Shown in pieces: positions 50,543-64,000 of a DNA stretch of 64,000 nucleotides. Origin of the DNA: Auanema rhodensis (lineage: Eukaryota > Animalia > Nematoda). The notes beneath the pieces are model-generated. The model made no database searches. It was not told where the DNA came from and saw only the letters and a program-made list of their open reading frames with translations. A program made the position numbers and the translations under genes. The first letter of the stretch is position 1, and each line of letters begins with the position of its first letter. The DNA is taken from NCBI GenBank assembly GCA_964057225.1, contig OZ059900.1, positions 9,734,001 to 9,798,000 on the forward strand, written 5' to 3'.

Positions 50543-52757
50543 CGTTCATCGTTCTGTCTTGTCCTCTTTCTTCATCTTCTTCAATTTTACTCTTCTATAT
50601 ATCTATCATTGAACATAGATTGCCTTATTGCTTGTTGGCTAGTGTGCCAACTGTGTCCGAGCCTGATATCAGCTCACTTGATCTAGCGATTAAGAATACT
50701 TTACAACCTAACCATATATTTCATCGTTTCGCATCACGACTTTATCTAAATTCATTTGTTGTTAAACATCCAGTTTCTTTCCGCTGTCAATACTTGAAAC
50801 TTCTTCTTTCATCATTGTACAATGCGCGACGCTTTTACTCCGAATCTAAATTTCCACTGTAATATCTAAGGCGGATTTATTTCTTGTATTCTCCAACAAC
50901 CAAATTAACCATTTTCTGATTATCATGGTGAGATATACTTGCTCGATGATATCTACTTCATATTCAGATTTTTCATATTCCTAGTACATGACATGCAGTT
51001 TCCTTTACCCTAACGAATAATCTGAGATGAGTTAGGTAACCAAACTTCTCATTGGAATATGAACTGTGCTCTATCAACAAATATTCCATTAATATTTTTT
51101 TTTCGATTATCTCCCTCGGATTGCGTTACTTCTTCTCACCCCCCCCCCCACATCTCTCTCTCTTATTCTCTCTATTTTCTATTTAGATTTCTTTTGATTT
51201 ATTATTTTTTATTAACAATAGAGATTTATCTTGTAAATATACTATATAGTCATCTTGTTTATTTATTTTCTTTCATCAAAATTATAATTATAAATGGCTT
51301 ATTAACCATTCGTCTACGCTAATAGTTATAAAAAAATCCTAAAGAATCTGAATAATTTGATATTCCGTTTCCAAATACATGCTCACTTACTCTCGCTTCT
51401 CATTTTCCCATGTTTTGCCACTTTTTATATTTTTCATTGTTACTAATAACTAAATGAATGGTCATTGTTTTGTTATGTGACATGAAAAATGGGTTTCATG
51501 AGGTTGAGCTAGTTGAAGATGAGATATGACATGATGTCAATGGAATGGTGTTCACTTGAAGAATGTGAAAGCTAGAAAAAAGAGAGAAACTTCACAACAA
51601 CAAGCATTTCAGTAGATAAATATGTGCACGTAACATGCATGATCATGCTCATTTACTGGTCAACTGGGTTGCATTTTCTTCCCATTTTAGCTTTTCACAC
51701 TATCATAGTATGCAATTCTTTCAATTTCGCTCTCTCTCTCCTTTTCTCTTTTTGACACACTTGTATCTAGAATATTTATATTTTTCCGCTCTCTTATTGG
51801 GTCTCGTCTTCTTTTTTTTCATCCTTTTCAAGTTTTTTGTTACATGAAGTGGTCAGTGCTGGGATAGCAGCTGAATAGATGAGCTCGTTAACTCATAATA
51901 GACTTGCTTTTCTAACCCTCATCTTATTCCCAGCTGTGACATTTTTTTCAAATTTTTCTTTGTCTTAGCCCTATAATCATCTTTTTTCTTTTGCTTCAGT
52001 TTTGTTGATTTTAATTTTTTTGCCATTTTAGTCGTACAGTTTTCAATTTTCTAACAGTTAAATCGACACATTCTCACTATTCACCGTGTTTTTCAAAACG
52101 AATTATGGTAATTCGGGAAAAATTGAGTAGACACAAGTGTTGAAGTGAGACACGAAAATCTGAAGATAACGTTCCACAAAAGTTAATTGAAAAACTTTTC
52201 TTTAACATAGCATGATTAGGCTGTAAAACTTGCTGTATTTTCAAATTAGCAAAGAAATGAAATTCATTCGTCGTGTCCATTTGCGCTAACTCTCTCTTGT
52301 ATTTTAATTTTATTTTCCTTAAAGCGAAAATAATGGACAAAGACTGACTTAAAAGCCTTGGAGACAGACCTAGAAGTGGTTAAGATAGGCAACGAGAGAG
52401 ATGCCAACGATAATTTACAATAGAAAATACTAGATAGATGAAGAAAGACGTTGACTTAAACTAGGGAAAAAAGTAAATAGAAAGCTTACGCTTGCTTCAA
52501 TTGATAATTATCGAACAAGTAAGCATGATGCAAAAAGACTAAGTAACGAAGACCGAGGCCCAGCAGTTAATTCAATTGAGGTCCAAATAGTAGTCCCGTT
52601 GCCCATTTTTCAATTTTCCTAAGAAAATAGAGGACGATAGGAGATTTTCTCATTTCTCATACGCGCAACCCATGAGTTTAAAGTTTCCTGAGTAGTAGAA
52701 AAAAGTGTCAGAAAGCTTTTTGCGTCTCTGTTTTTTTTTGCTGCTAGGATGCGTTAT

Positions 52758-52778
52758 GTGCTGCTGCTGCTGCTGCTG
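52758..52778. repeat. (CTG)n microsatellite
   Basis: TGCTGCTGCTGCTGCTGCTG visible. Confidence 0.85.
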
Positions 52779-54428
52779 TATTCATTTGCAGCTGTACCTA
52801 CCTTCTTTGTTATTCGTAGTATCTTCTGCTGTCTTCAACAGATCATCTGTACTTCACAAATGAGTTCCTTGTTTTAATTTTTTTCCTTCTTCTAAATTGT
52901 GAAAATGAGTAAAAGAAATGTAACAAAATAGTGCTACAATGGAAAATTAAATATCATTCTATTACTATTACGAAGAGAAAAGAAAGTTTGGCCTCAAGTT
53001 TGTCTCAAGCTCTTTATCGATGCACATTATCTATTTATAGTCATGACTTTCTTTTTCATTCATTTTTTTTGTCAAAGTTAAGTAACATAGTTGATACATA
53101 CTTATGCAGCTTTCTAAATAAATTTCCGAGACGAAGATCGAAATGAAAGGTATAAATTGGATGAGAGATTGTTAGAGAAAATCGTGTATAAGCCCCATTC
53201 ACCTTCCTCCTCCCCCCCTTCTCTCTCTAACTCATAACTTTATGCATGCCTACACTTTATTATAGTAAAAATATATATAATAATAATAAATCGCTCATCT
53301 CCCCCCTTCACACACACATATACTGATAGAACAGGCAATTCTTGTTCTTTTTTCTTTGTTTTTATTCTTTTTATCTTCTGTGCGTGTTTCTTTTAAGTTG
53401 CCGAAAAATGTTCACACTCTCGTTAGTTATACTGAAATCTCATTCTACCAGCTGATATTTGATGTTTAACTCGTAGGAGTTGAGGCAATAGATGAAGAAG
53501 TGGCAGATATTCATGACTACTTTATTCGATTTTCTGCTCAAATGAGTGATAGTCTAATTTGCTGAATTGTAGCCTCCGTTCTTATGTAGTACACTAAGAA
53601 TTCAGTTGTTCATTTTTCCTTTTTGAAGCAAGAAAGGCAGATTGAATATATTTTTTGTTTTTATTATTATTTAACAGCATAAATTAGCATATTTTGAGCG
53701 TTTTTTATGTTATATTTCTTATATTTAAATACTTTTTGTATTAAAATAACCTTTTTTTTAATAATTTAATAGGAATTGCTCTAGCAAATGCATATATCTT
53801 AGATCATAGTTGTAAAACAAAATGAAAGTTTTCAAATTTTGCGAATTTTGAGTGAAAGCAATAAAGGGATACTTGAGAAAAAAAGAGATTTGACAGAATG
53901 AAGGTGTCTTCGAAATCTAAGTGACGTTTGAGTGAGATTTTTAAATGAGAACAGATCAAAAGGAAAGGGTAATAGTAAGGCACAGATTGGCATATGAAAT
54001 GAGGGTTAAAGCACAAGGAAATCACGTGTCTGTTTGAAATAAGACTTTCCTAATTTCTTATGTAGATAGCCGCATGTGTCGTACTTACTTGATTCAAGTA
54101 GTCTGCCACCTAGTCTGCTACTTAGAGCCGTTCAATGCGTGAGTCAATCAGTCAGGCTAAGTGTTGGCAAGCTGATTTTCTCAAGACTTTGTGTGAATAT
54201 GTGTGCATTTAAACATACATGCATTTGTAATCCTAAATCTTTTAATACAGCTATTTGGAACTTTTGTTTTAGGCCGCCTTATGCTGTCTAACCTATCCGA
54301 CACGCATTCGATAGAGTGTCGTAGCACTTGAAAAGTTGTTGTATAAACCAAATGTTTACGATGAGCAGTTGTTGTTTTATATTAGAAAGCGTGGCAGAGT
54401 TATTTACCTTTTTGGAGCATTTATTCCA

Positions 54429-54635
54429 CCTCTCTCTCTCTCTTTCTCTCTTTCTCTCTTTTTGCATCTCCCTCTATCCGTTTTTCCTTGTTTTGCTCTC
54501 TCGGTCTTTCTTATTACTTTCTCTTTTCTCTTTATCTCATTCCTCACTTTTTCAAGTTTTCTATTTTTTAATAAAGTCTTTCTCTTTTTCTCTCTCCTTC
54601 TCTCTCTCTCTCCCTTCCTCGCCCTCTCTCATTCT
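54429..54635. repeat. CT-rich polypyrimidine low-complexity tract
   Basis: Interrupted (CT)n/(T)n runs over ~200 bp; a similar tract lies at ~58570-58645. Confidence 0.8.
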
Positions 54636-57600
54636 CAATTTTTTCAGTTATATTAACTATTCACTGTAAATATTATAAAATATTACAAAACAAGAATAGT
54701 AAATCAGTCAATATGTGCATCGTATTGATCAAACTATAACGTTAAAAAGTTCTTCCATATATTCTTATTCTAATTATTCTTTTTGTCACTATGTGTGCTA
54801 GTGTCTGATATATATCTGATAGTAGTAGCATTGTAGTACTTCATATCTATTCAACTGTAAATCCTTGTGTTCAAAATTCGTTTAGCGAATCAAGTTACAT
54901 TATCTGCTAGTGATCATTGCTTAATGAAGTAGCCTATTCTCATATCTCATTTATATAAAAAATTACAACACATTCGAATTTTACTTTATAAAAGTTCATA
55001 ATCATAATAGTTTATTCAATTAATTTAATCGACTAATCCATAAATTATTCGATTTTTTAATTCATTTTTTTCGGCAAAAAAAACATTTTTTTGTAAAGAA
55101 TATGCAGTCAGCGATTGTATTCGAGTTATGAAAAAAGCAGTTTCACTTTATCTGATTGATTCTTATTGTAAGAATATGTCGTTTCCCCCTGTTATTTTCC
55201 ATTATAATTATTGGAAGAAACAGTATAAATAGAAGTTCATTGGTCTATCTTTCAATTACAAGTCTGAAGGAGCTCCAGTTCATGGGTAGTTCATCTGCAA
55301 AGTCTTGTATACAGCCATCTGTTTGACCTTTTATGTTCTTTTTCTCCCTCTCTCTCTCTTGTTCTTGATATATTTGAAGCTGTTCCACTTTTTCCAATGT
55401 AAATTGACAAGTAAATGTTCTTGACTTTGAGAGCGATTTCACATTTCATGCATATCCTTCTATTTATCTGTGAAAGGTCATTATATCTCTATCTCTATAC
55501 TATATATACTATATATTTAACATATAAAATCATCTCGTATCCATTTTCTTGTGAACATCTGCATGCATGTACAATGTTTCATGTAATAGATGATATTCAT
55601 CTCTTGTATATACATATATGTATCTATCTATATATATTTATACATTGTAACCTTATGCCATTATGTAAACAAAGTAGCTTCTTTCTCACTTATGCTTACG
55701 GCTTCACACTATTTCTCATACATGAGATGGCATTAACTAGCATTTTTTATTATAAGCTCTTTTTCTCAATGTACTTTCATATTACATTTTCTTTTCTTAA
55801 CAAAAAAAAACAATTTTGCATCAAGAATTTGTCATGACTTTTGCAAATTTTCTATTATTTTCGCTTGAAATATGCCACTTCAAGACTCTTTTTTTTTATC
55901 AAAAAGATACAATTCTTCTATAGTTAATTGATCTCTTTATAAGTATTTTCAAATTAAAACCCAAAAGAATACGTTGTCTTGAACCAACTTTATGTTATTC
56001 TGTATGATTCCAAGAAAATTATTTGTAATTCTTCGAAGTAATTGTGAAATTTATAAAGTTAATACTTGATCCAACTGTACTTTTATTTAAAACTTTTCCA
56101 CATTTCCTTCAAAATTCCGTAAAAAAAAGACAATTTCCATTCAATTACTACTATTTTTCCTGGAGAAGCACACAAGCACTGCTCTTTTCAAATTGTAGGA
56201 CCTCCAACATTTTCAGTTCTCAGATTCCTTTCATCTTAACTTCATATACTTTATTAAATATTTTTTTCGCCACTGTGCATGTAATGTCCTTTTTTTAAAC
56301 TTGTATGTATTATGTATAAATGTTTACTATGTATTATATATACATTTATAATCACACACACACACACACACAACTACTTTTACATTCTAATGATTTATTG
56401 TACAAGACTTAGTCGACATGTCCGTCTTGCATCATCCACAAATGACCACACCGATTTCTTTTTTCTTTGCCCGCTACTTCAGCCCAGTCTCTGCTTCCCA
56501 AACAGCCCTCCTCCATATTCCATATTGCCCTCCCTCCCACCCCCATATGGCTAAATATGAGCACTAAAATAATGTCTCTATTTCCCAAAAGAAAAGGATT
56601 ATTTTCTTTAATTTTTTTTTGTAAATCTACTCTCACAGTATATGATGCCAGTTTCAATGAACAGGAACATTCTTATCATGTTTTAACCAAAATTCGAAAA
56701 AGAAAAAAAAAACAAAAATAACAATAAAAACATCGTTTTTCTTCTTTTTTTCTGTCTATTTCAAGTGCTATTAGCATCATTTCATTGACCATAAATTACT
56801 ACATTGCTCAAGACAAAAACCTCTTTTTTTCAGTTTCAGAAATAGTAATTGCTTGAACGACGTCATGTGCACAGAACATCTACTATTCAAGCATTTCAGT
56901 CTGCCTCCTACTCCTTTTTGTCACTTTTAAATTCTTCATTACTTAATCTTGACGCTATTTAAATTAAAATAATTGTCTTCCACAATTATCTCTCAACATC
57001 TTCTCAGTCGTTGAGAAAGTGTATTTATTGCGCTTTGTTCTTTTCCGTCTAATCAGTATGCTCTTGAGCGAATCATGCTGTTAGTTCATCTGTGTAATGT
57101 TTCACTGACCTGTTACCTTCCAAGCTCATTACATAGCTGTGTAGTAGCACCATAAATCATACTCCATGATGCATTCAGTTTTTTTTTGTTTTTTCAATCA
57201 TTGTTTGTAATTTATATTGGCTTTGATATGACCCGTCTACGCTATTCTCGTGTTTCATGCTCATTTTCTTATTTTCCATAAAATTGAAATGCATATTTCC
57301 AGAAGCAGCACTGTTTAACACCTTCTCACATTTTTTAAATAGGAATAGTGGCTTTGAAGTTCAATTGCACAACATTTCAACGCATTGGAATACTCAAGTA
57401 AGAATGAATTTTGTTCAAAAATGAAACAACTACACAAGCCACAACCGATTTCACGCAACTCATTGCAATCCTAAATGATTTGATCTTTAATTGAATCTTC
57501 ATTTTTCTGACCTAAAGTTGTTGTTATTGCAATATTCGCGACGCTATTGAAGTGAATTGCTGTTGAATTTAAGAAGCGAACAACAATAAATAGAACAATA

Positions 57601-60600
57601 GGAAATACTTTTACATAATCATCTTATTCGCTGTTCATCATCGGCTTCATCTTTCAGATTTTTCATATTCTAACATTTTCTTTCTTCATTTTTCTGTCCA
57701 CAAATTTACAAGCTGTTCGGTATATTTCATTTAATTTATCTCATGCCCAGCTGGTCCTCTATTATTTCCACAAAAAATAATAATAGTAATAATAATTATA
57801 ATATTATTAGTACTAGTACAAATAATATATTTTTTTATTATTGTTTATCATTATTGTTTTTGTTTTTTTTGAATAATTTTATATAAATACTATTCAGTAA
57901 ATGCCTGGAGGTAATACAAATGATGGACAAAATGCTCTTTTTCTTATCTTTTCTTAGACCAGTCTATCCTCTTCGTTTTTTCTCTTTTATTTCCATCCCT
58001 TACTCTTTATATTTATGCACAAATGTGTATGCGGTTGTGTATGTATTTCATTAGTCGGCTACTAATTTCCTCTCAATTTACTCTACAATAATATATTTTC
58101 ATCTTTCTCCAAGATTTGGGGTTAATTTCCTTTTTGGGAGATTTTTTTCTTCCTTTACTCTTCTCATCAAGAATTGCTCACATCACAACTGCTCTAATTT
58201 TCGTCAACCTTTAGTGCAATTTCTAAATCTAAAGATAGATTATGCAGCTTTCAAGCTAGTAGTTACTTATTCTCATCAAATGTATCTCGCTAACTAAGTT
58301 GGATGATGCAATTATCTACAGTCATTTGTAGATTTAGGTTTGCTCTCTCTCTCCCCACGTATCTGTTCATGAATTCAACATAAGATGGACAGACGGCCGG
58401 ACGTATTTCGTTTTAACTCACCGCCGTTCTTTGCAGTATTTTCTCGTTATCTAACTGCTCTGTGCATCCGCATCTCTGTCATCACTTCTTCTACTCTTAA
58501 TACTATCCATCCACTCATTTGGAGCAACCTTCCGGCTTTCTTAACCTTCCTTATACTGCTACTCACTCATTATCTCTTTCTCTTTTTCTCTCTCTATCCT
58601 TCTCTCTCTACCTCTCTCTGTATTTTTCCTTCTCTCCCTTCTTTCGTTGGTCTTCGGCCTCTTCTAGTTGTTCTCAACTTCTTCGACCATCTCTCATTGT
58701 CTTGGTGGTTCTGTTCCAGCATTTCCATCACTTCATTATCTTGTTTCTCTATCTCGTTCAATCTATTTCGTATTCTATCTGTAAGCAGAGCTCCTCAAAC
58801 TCGATTTCAAACCAACAACTTTCTTTCATCATCATCATTTTACTTTGTTCATTTGAGCAAATCGTCTTACTGCCAGTTCAAGCTTTTCTTAATGTTCTTC
58901 TCATCAGAGGTTTATCCTGGAACTACATCCCTCCTATTCAAAAAAACAATAAAAGAAATGTACATGTTCAACTATTTTGATGTTTTGGATGCTTTTCACT
59001 TGACATATTGAAATTACTTGAAGAGTATAGTTCAAGCTTCAAATCTTTGGCGAATATTACTCACTTCCCAGAAGTTAGTCGGAAATTGTTCAGGCTGATT
59101 ATCAAATTCTTTAAGGAAATTTCTTATTTATTTCTGTTTCTGTCATTCATTTCGTCTATCTCCTCATCATCTAAGTTTAATTAAGTTAAGCGCAATCTGA
59201 TTCATGAGGCAGTTAACGAGTTTGCGCTGCTATACTTTGAAAACCCCAAATGATACTTTTTCTCATTTCATTTGGCTTTGTCTAGGCGAACGAGATATAC
59301 AACTCTCAGCTGAGATAGGTCAATGCACCAATAGGCCATACACACACGTGCAAACACACACACATACACATACATATACAGCTGTTTGCTGCATTTCTCG
59401 GCTTATGGCAATGTCTGAGCCAGCCGGCTAACCGTTGAACGGAACATGTCGCATATAACTTTGTAGAAGAGCGCTCTGTTCTACCCAATAATGCGAATTA
59501 TTGTTATTGCCTGATGCACCATTCCGAGAGTGAAGCTGGCTGTTGAGTGCTTCTGCTGGTAATGCCAAATTTTTCATTTTTTTTCTGTTCTGCAATGATT
59601 CATATTATTGTTCCTATATCCTTTGTACTAGGCATTTTTATTTTTCAGTAATAGATAGAGAACTTGCCTGTTTGATTTGTTTTAATTTATTTCAATTATT
59701 GTCAAATTTAAACATTAAGTTTTGTATTCCATTTTTTGATTCGAGTGTTCATTTTTCAGGTGGGTCAGCATTGATAAATTGAACAAATTTTCAATATTCA
59801 TTTATTGATTAATGATATTCTTAAAATTCTAAAAAAACATATATGGATTGAATTCTTATAATTTACTTATCATGCATTGATCAATCAATATTTTATTTTT
59901 CAGTAGATCATTCAGATACTAAATTTTCAATCAATATTAGAATATTTTTTCGTGAGCACAAATTAGCTGATATAACATAAGTTCATTTGATCTTATACTA
60001 TAAATTTCATTTTAAATGACCATTTTATGACGACGGGCATGAAACGAGTCGTATAATAACTGAATGAGATCATAAAGTTGAAAGCATTAATTTCATATAT
60101 CATATATGTATATAAAGCATTATTATCTATAAAAATATGTTAAACCATTATTCAGACTAACAATTTGTAATAAGATCCTAGAATTTTATAGAAAAAAAGC
60201 TTCTTTTTTCATATTTTTCGAACGGCTTTGCGAGTGATAATTGAATAACCACTCACTTACCAGTTGGATTTTTTTTGCATTTGTTGTTATTTTTCTTTAT
60301 TTTTTTTTCATATAAATACATAGAAGCTAATAAAACTTGAGAATCAAAGGAAAAACATAATTTTTTTTCTTCTTCTTTTTAATCTAGCGAAGATCAGCAA
60401 AGTGAACAAGATTTTTCACTTTAGCGCACAGAGACTTATGAGAGCAATCACAAAAAGCTATGTAAGCGTGGGACTGGTACACAGCTGCTATTAGTTAGCT
60501 CAAAATCTTTGCTCATTATGTAATTAAAATGTGAAGTAAAGCCCTTACTTTCTAGCGTTCTCTTTTTGTCGTATTTTCTCATTCTCTCACGTTCTCTGTT

Positions 60601-63600
60601 TCGTGCTTTCTCACTTGTTTTATTATTATATGTGTTACCAGCCAACGCAAAGATATACACATAAAAGCAAGCAGGAAAAACTCATTTTACTTGGCTGTTT
60701 TGCCGTTTCTTGTTCAATTTAATCTTTTTTCCTTTCGAAACTAATACACAAGCTAATTATTGCAATTATTATTGAACTTTTAATTCACATGCTGTTGTGA
60801 AAGTAGGATACTTTTCGGACTTTTCCCACCATATCAAGAACCAGAGAATAGAAATTCAGCTATTTTCCACTTTGCATCGAAAGTTTCACGATATATTTTT
60901 TCATTACATGCTCTTCGTAGTGTTTTTCAGCAGCATGCTCAACTGTTCTTTTTGTGTATTTTCTTGCGAAAACTTCAAAAAAGACGAAACTCAAAAAATT
61001 GTTTAAAGAACATTGAATCAGTTCTGCGAACTGTCATAGCGATGTTGTTTGAATGATTAATGCCTTCTGACGCTGTACTTGTCTTTCAAACATTTGCATC
61101 GGTTAACATAGCTGCCATGTAATCCTTTCTGTGCAGAGTTTGTGGCACAAAGACTATTTTTTTCATTTTTCACTCTGACAAGGCAAGTAAGCCATGTGTG
61201 GATGATTTCCATGTCATCGTTAAGGTTTCGATCGGTATAGCTTCAAGGCGATCTATTGCTTCATGTAAGCTGACAGCACTTATGCATTTTCTTCATAACA
61301 TGAGATGTACTCTAAGTAGATCATACCCCCTCCTTATGACAGGTCTCATCTCAATAATAGGCAAGTTCAAAGACATGTAATATGAGTTAAAACCCTTTTA
61401 ACAACTTTTTGTGATTTCTGAGCCATTTCAAGCATTTTATTTAGTTTTTCTCTCCAAATAATAATTCCAAAAACACGTATAATGCTGAAATAAGTGAGTT
61501 TATTTAGACTTTTAAGGAATATTAGTTTATAGTATAAAGCATTTAAAGACAATGTATTGTCTTTTGTTCCAATTTTTTCGCGACACAAGAAAAAAACAAT
61601 AGTTTATCGCAATCTTTAGACAAATTATTCAAATAATATGTACTATATTTCATCATAATTCTATTTCTTTTTTCTGTGTTTCAGTTGCATTTGTCTGGAG
61701 CTGTATCAGTTGCCCTTTGTGACTATCTCAGCGCCATGTTGTAGCCCCTTCTTTCGGCTTGCACAAGACGTTCGCCCCGTAATTGAATCTCTGCTTATGC
61801 TAATGAGTATTGTTCGCAGTTTGTGGTCAATCAAATTCCTCATCGCATCTTTTTGCCTACCATCATGCATTATTGTCTTGCATCCTCTATACTATGCACT
61901 AGTGCACTGAAATCTGATCAAACGATTGAATGAATTCTGAAGATTTCTGCGAGACCACTTGCAAATAAATGCCAATTATTATCTGTACTACGTTTCTCGT
62001 CTAATTAGATAATGAGCCAATGGAAAATAATATTTGTGCCAGGCCCTCTCTATACTCCATCTGACTCTATGATTATGCTATAAATCTGGCAGCCTCTCTT
62101 TTGAAGAAGAGGCCAACAATAGTTGATTCAGCCGACAAACAAGTCAATTGTTCGCTAAGCAACTATCATTTTTTCAGTTTTTCACTCATTTTAGTTTATA
62201 ATTTATTTAATTTAGCGATAAATTATATAAATATATGTATATATATGTTATAATATTCGAACAACATGCATTATTGCTCAACTAAAAATTGCTTTTCACG
62301 ACGTATTTCTAAGCAATCAGCCGTACTCATCGATATGTCCAAATAAAATTTTTTTGAGCTAACAATTTAAAACATATCTCCGCTATATAATAGTGTAGAA
62401 ATACAGGAAATGTCGCCATTCGGCATGCTATTTCATCTATTTCACATTCAAAAATGTCTAAATTGTCATTATACTTGTCATATTTCAAAGTATAAGTATT
62501 ATTTTATTGTTGTATTATACTTTTTTTATTTATTTTATTTATACTTACTTCAACAATTTCTTCGTAAATTATGCGATCTGAAACAATGCCTCCACCAAAT
62601 GGACATGGAACAATTGAAGCATATCCTTGAGCGCTCTTTTACAAACCTACACACGTAGTACGTACAACACGACTGTTACACAGCTATGCATTCATTTATC
62701 CATTTTCTTCATCTTTAACTCTTTTTTCCCTTACTTACTTACTTTCCTCTCATTATTCTTCATTATCTACTTCACTCTCACTACTTATATCTTCAGCGAG
62801 TTTCATGTTTTCCTCTTAGTTAATAGTTTTCTTCTCAATTTTTGTTTTTTTCTTATTCTATATCTCTTTCAAAATACAATATTTTACCTTCAAAGTATAC
62901 CCTTAATCATGGAAAGTTTACATAATTCCGTTATTTCCACGGCTAATACATGAATTAATCTCAGTTATGAACATCTTATCTATTTTCTGAACTTACCATT
63001 TTCAATATTGTGAAGTAAAAAAAATGTTTTTTTCCACATTTTTCAACCAAAACAATCTTTTTCATTATTCATTATATTTACAACATATGGATGTATGTTC
63101 ACACATGCTGTCGTTTACCTGCATCACGCTTTTTTTAAGAAAAAAAGTATTTTAAGTTATACACATCTAATCATTAGCTTGTTTTCTTTATTTGGCTTAT
63201 CAATTTATAATCTTTTTCTTATTATTTCATTAAATATTCACTAATTTCGCCAATCATCTTCATAAACGACTATGGCAGGTGCTTATGATGTTTGTGTTTC
63301 ATGCTTTTCGTCATGTCTACCACCAGAATCATCAGATCAACAATTGAAATTCTGCACCGATTCGCTATTCTCGTTCTTGTGACGTGAAGAATGATCTTTC
63401 GAATTGCAATCTGACGCCATAGTATATACCCTTTATGTTAGTATTCGGACAACAAATAGTAATAATCAACATAGAGATACAAAAATAATTATCTTATTTT
63501 AAGATAAACTTTTTTTTGGAATCCTATTTATATTCACATAATCTATAATTTTCGATTATTATGCGTACTTTCATGTACAAAAATGTTCAACAAATATATA

Positions 63601-64000
63601 TATATGTAAGATTTTGCGTATTTCTTCCTCTTTTCAAATATGTTCAAATTTTGCCTAAGGGCATATAAGCTTATCCAAATCTTGATAGACCTATTCATCA
63701 ATTTGAAATTATGACTGAAGAACAATCTACAATTGTCATACATTTATATCTGTGTCTCTTGAAAATCATATTGCCGTTTATCTTTCCTTTTTTTTTCTCA
63801 AAAAATTTGCTCAATTTGTGTTTGGTGGTGCCTATGGCATTTTTGTCATGTTTCAAGCCGAAAAACGATACGAAATGGCTATATTTCAAATCGAAACAAT
63901 TGACCTAAGTACATTTCATTATGATTCTCCTTTTCTTTGAATTATACTTGTGTGCTTTAGAATATTTCGTTATTTATAGTTTGTAGTAGATTTCTTGAAA

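Noticed and set aside
53446-53460. 15-nt match to miR-283 5' region on the - strand (AAATATCAGCTGGTA)
   Set aside because: 3' part diverges and no convincing precursor hairpin.
50332-59011. Long F/L/S-rich ORFs (176, 113, 140, 208, 153 aa)
   Set aside because: Arise from polypyrimidine tracts that lack stop codons.
60065-60088. TGAGATCATAAAGTTGAAAGCA resembles bantam/miR-80 family mature miRNA
   Set aside because: No complementary 5' arm within hairpin distance; treated as chance unless small-RNA reads exist.
1-64000. Prokaryotic systems (CRISPR arrays, bacterial operons, HGT islands)
   Set aside because: All genes are intron-containing nematode-type; no repeat-spacer array or intronless bacterial-like segment seen.

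Overview
AT-rich eukaryotic DNA from a nematode (TTTCAG acceptors, many 42-50 nt introns, a cuticle collagen ending [21 protein letters not shown]). The ORF track misses most real genes because they are spliced; all gene models below were assembled by hand from GT-AG junctions and frame continuity, and family names come from recalled motifs, not database searches. 0-21 kb: an MXRA7-like gene, a ~3 kb foldback (1.4 kb inverted arms carrying two tRNA-like Pol III heads each), a decayed LINE fragment, coel-1/TBCEL and a TMEM87-family gene. 21-44.5 kb: a fast-evolving accessory block with three acidic/disordered orphan genes (one with a hierarchical 23-aa/91-aa repeat), a collagen with a truncated head-to-head twin, a 7TM gene, and the most notable element: a five-member cluster (4 intact + 1 pseudogene) of an unrecognised helical protein family with motif E[YF]RK-x6-[EG]Y[MI]xF[FL]CNQ and shared intron positions. 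Two members were duplicated as a ~2.4 kb cassette together with a secreted beta-rich protein whose two copies are a mosaic of identical and deeply diverged patches. 44.5-64 kb: no supportable gene; pyrimidine-skewed non-coding DNA with microsatellites.
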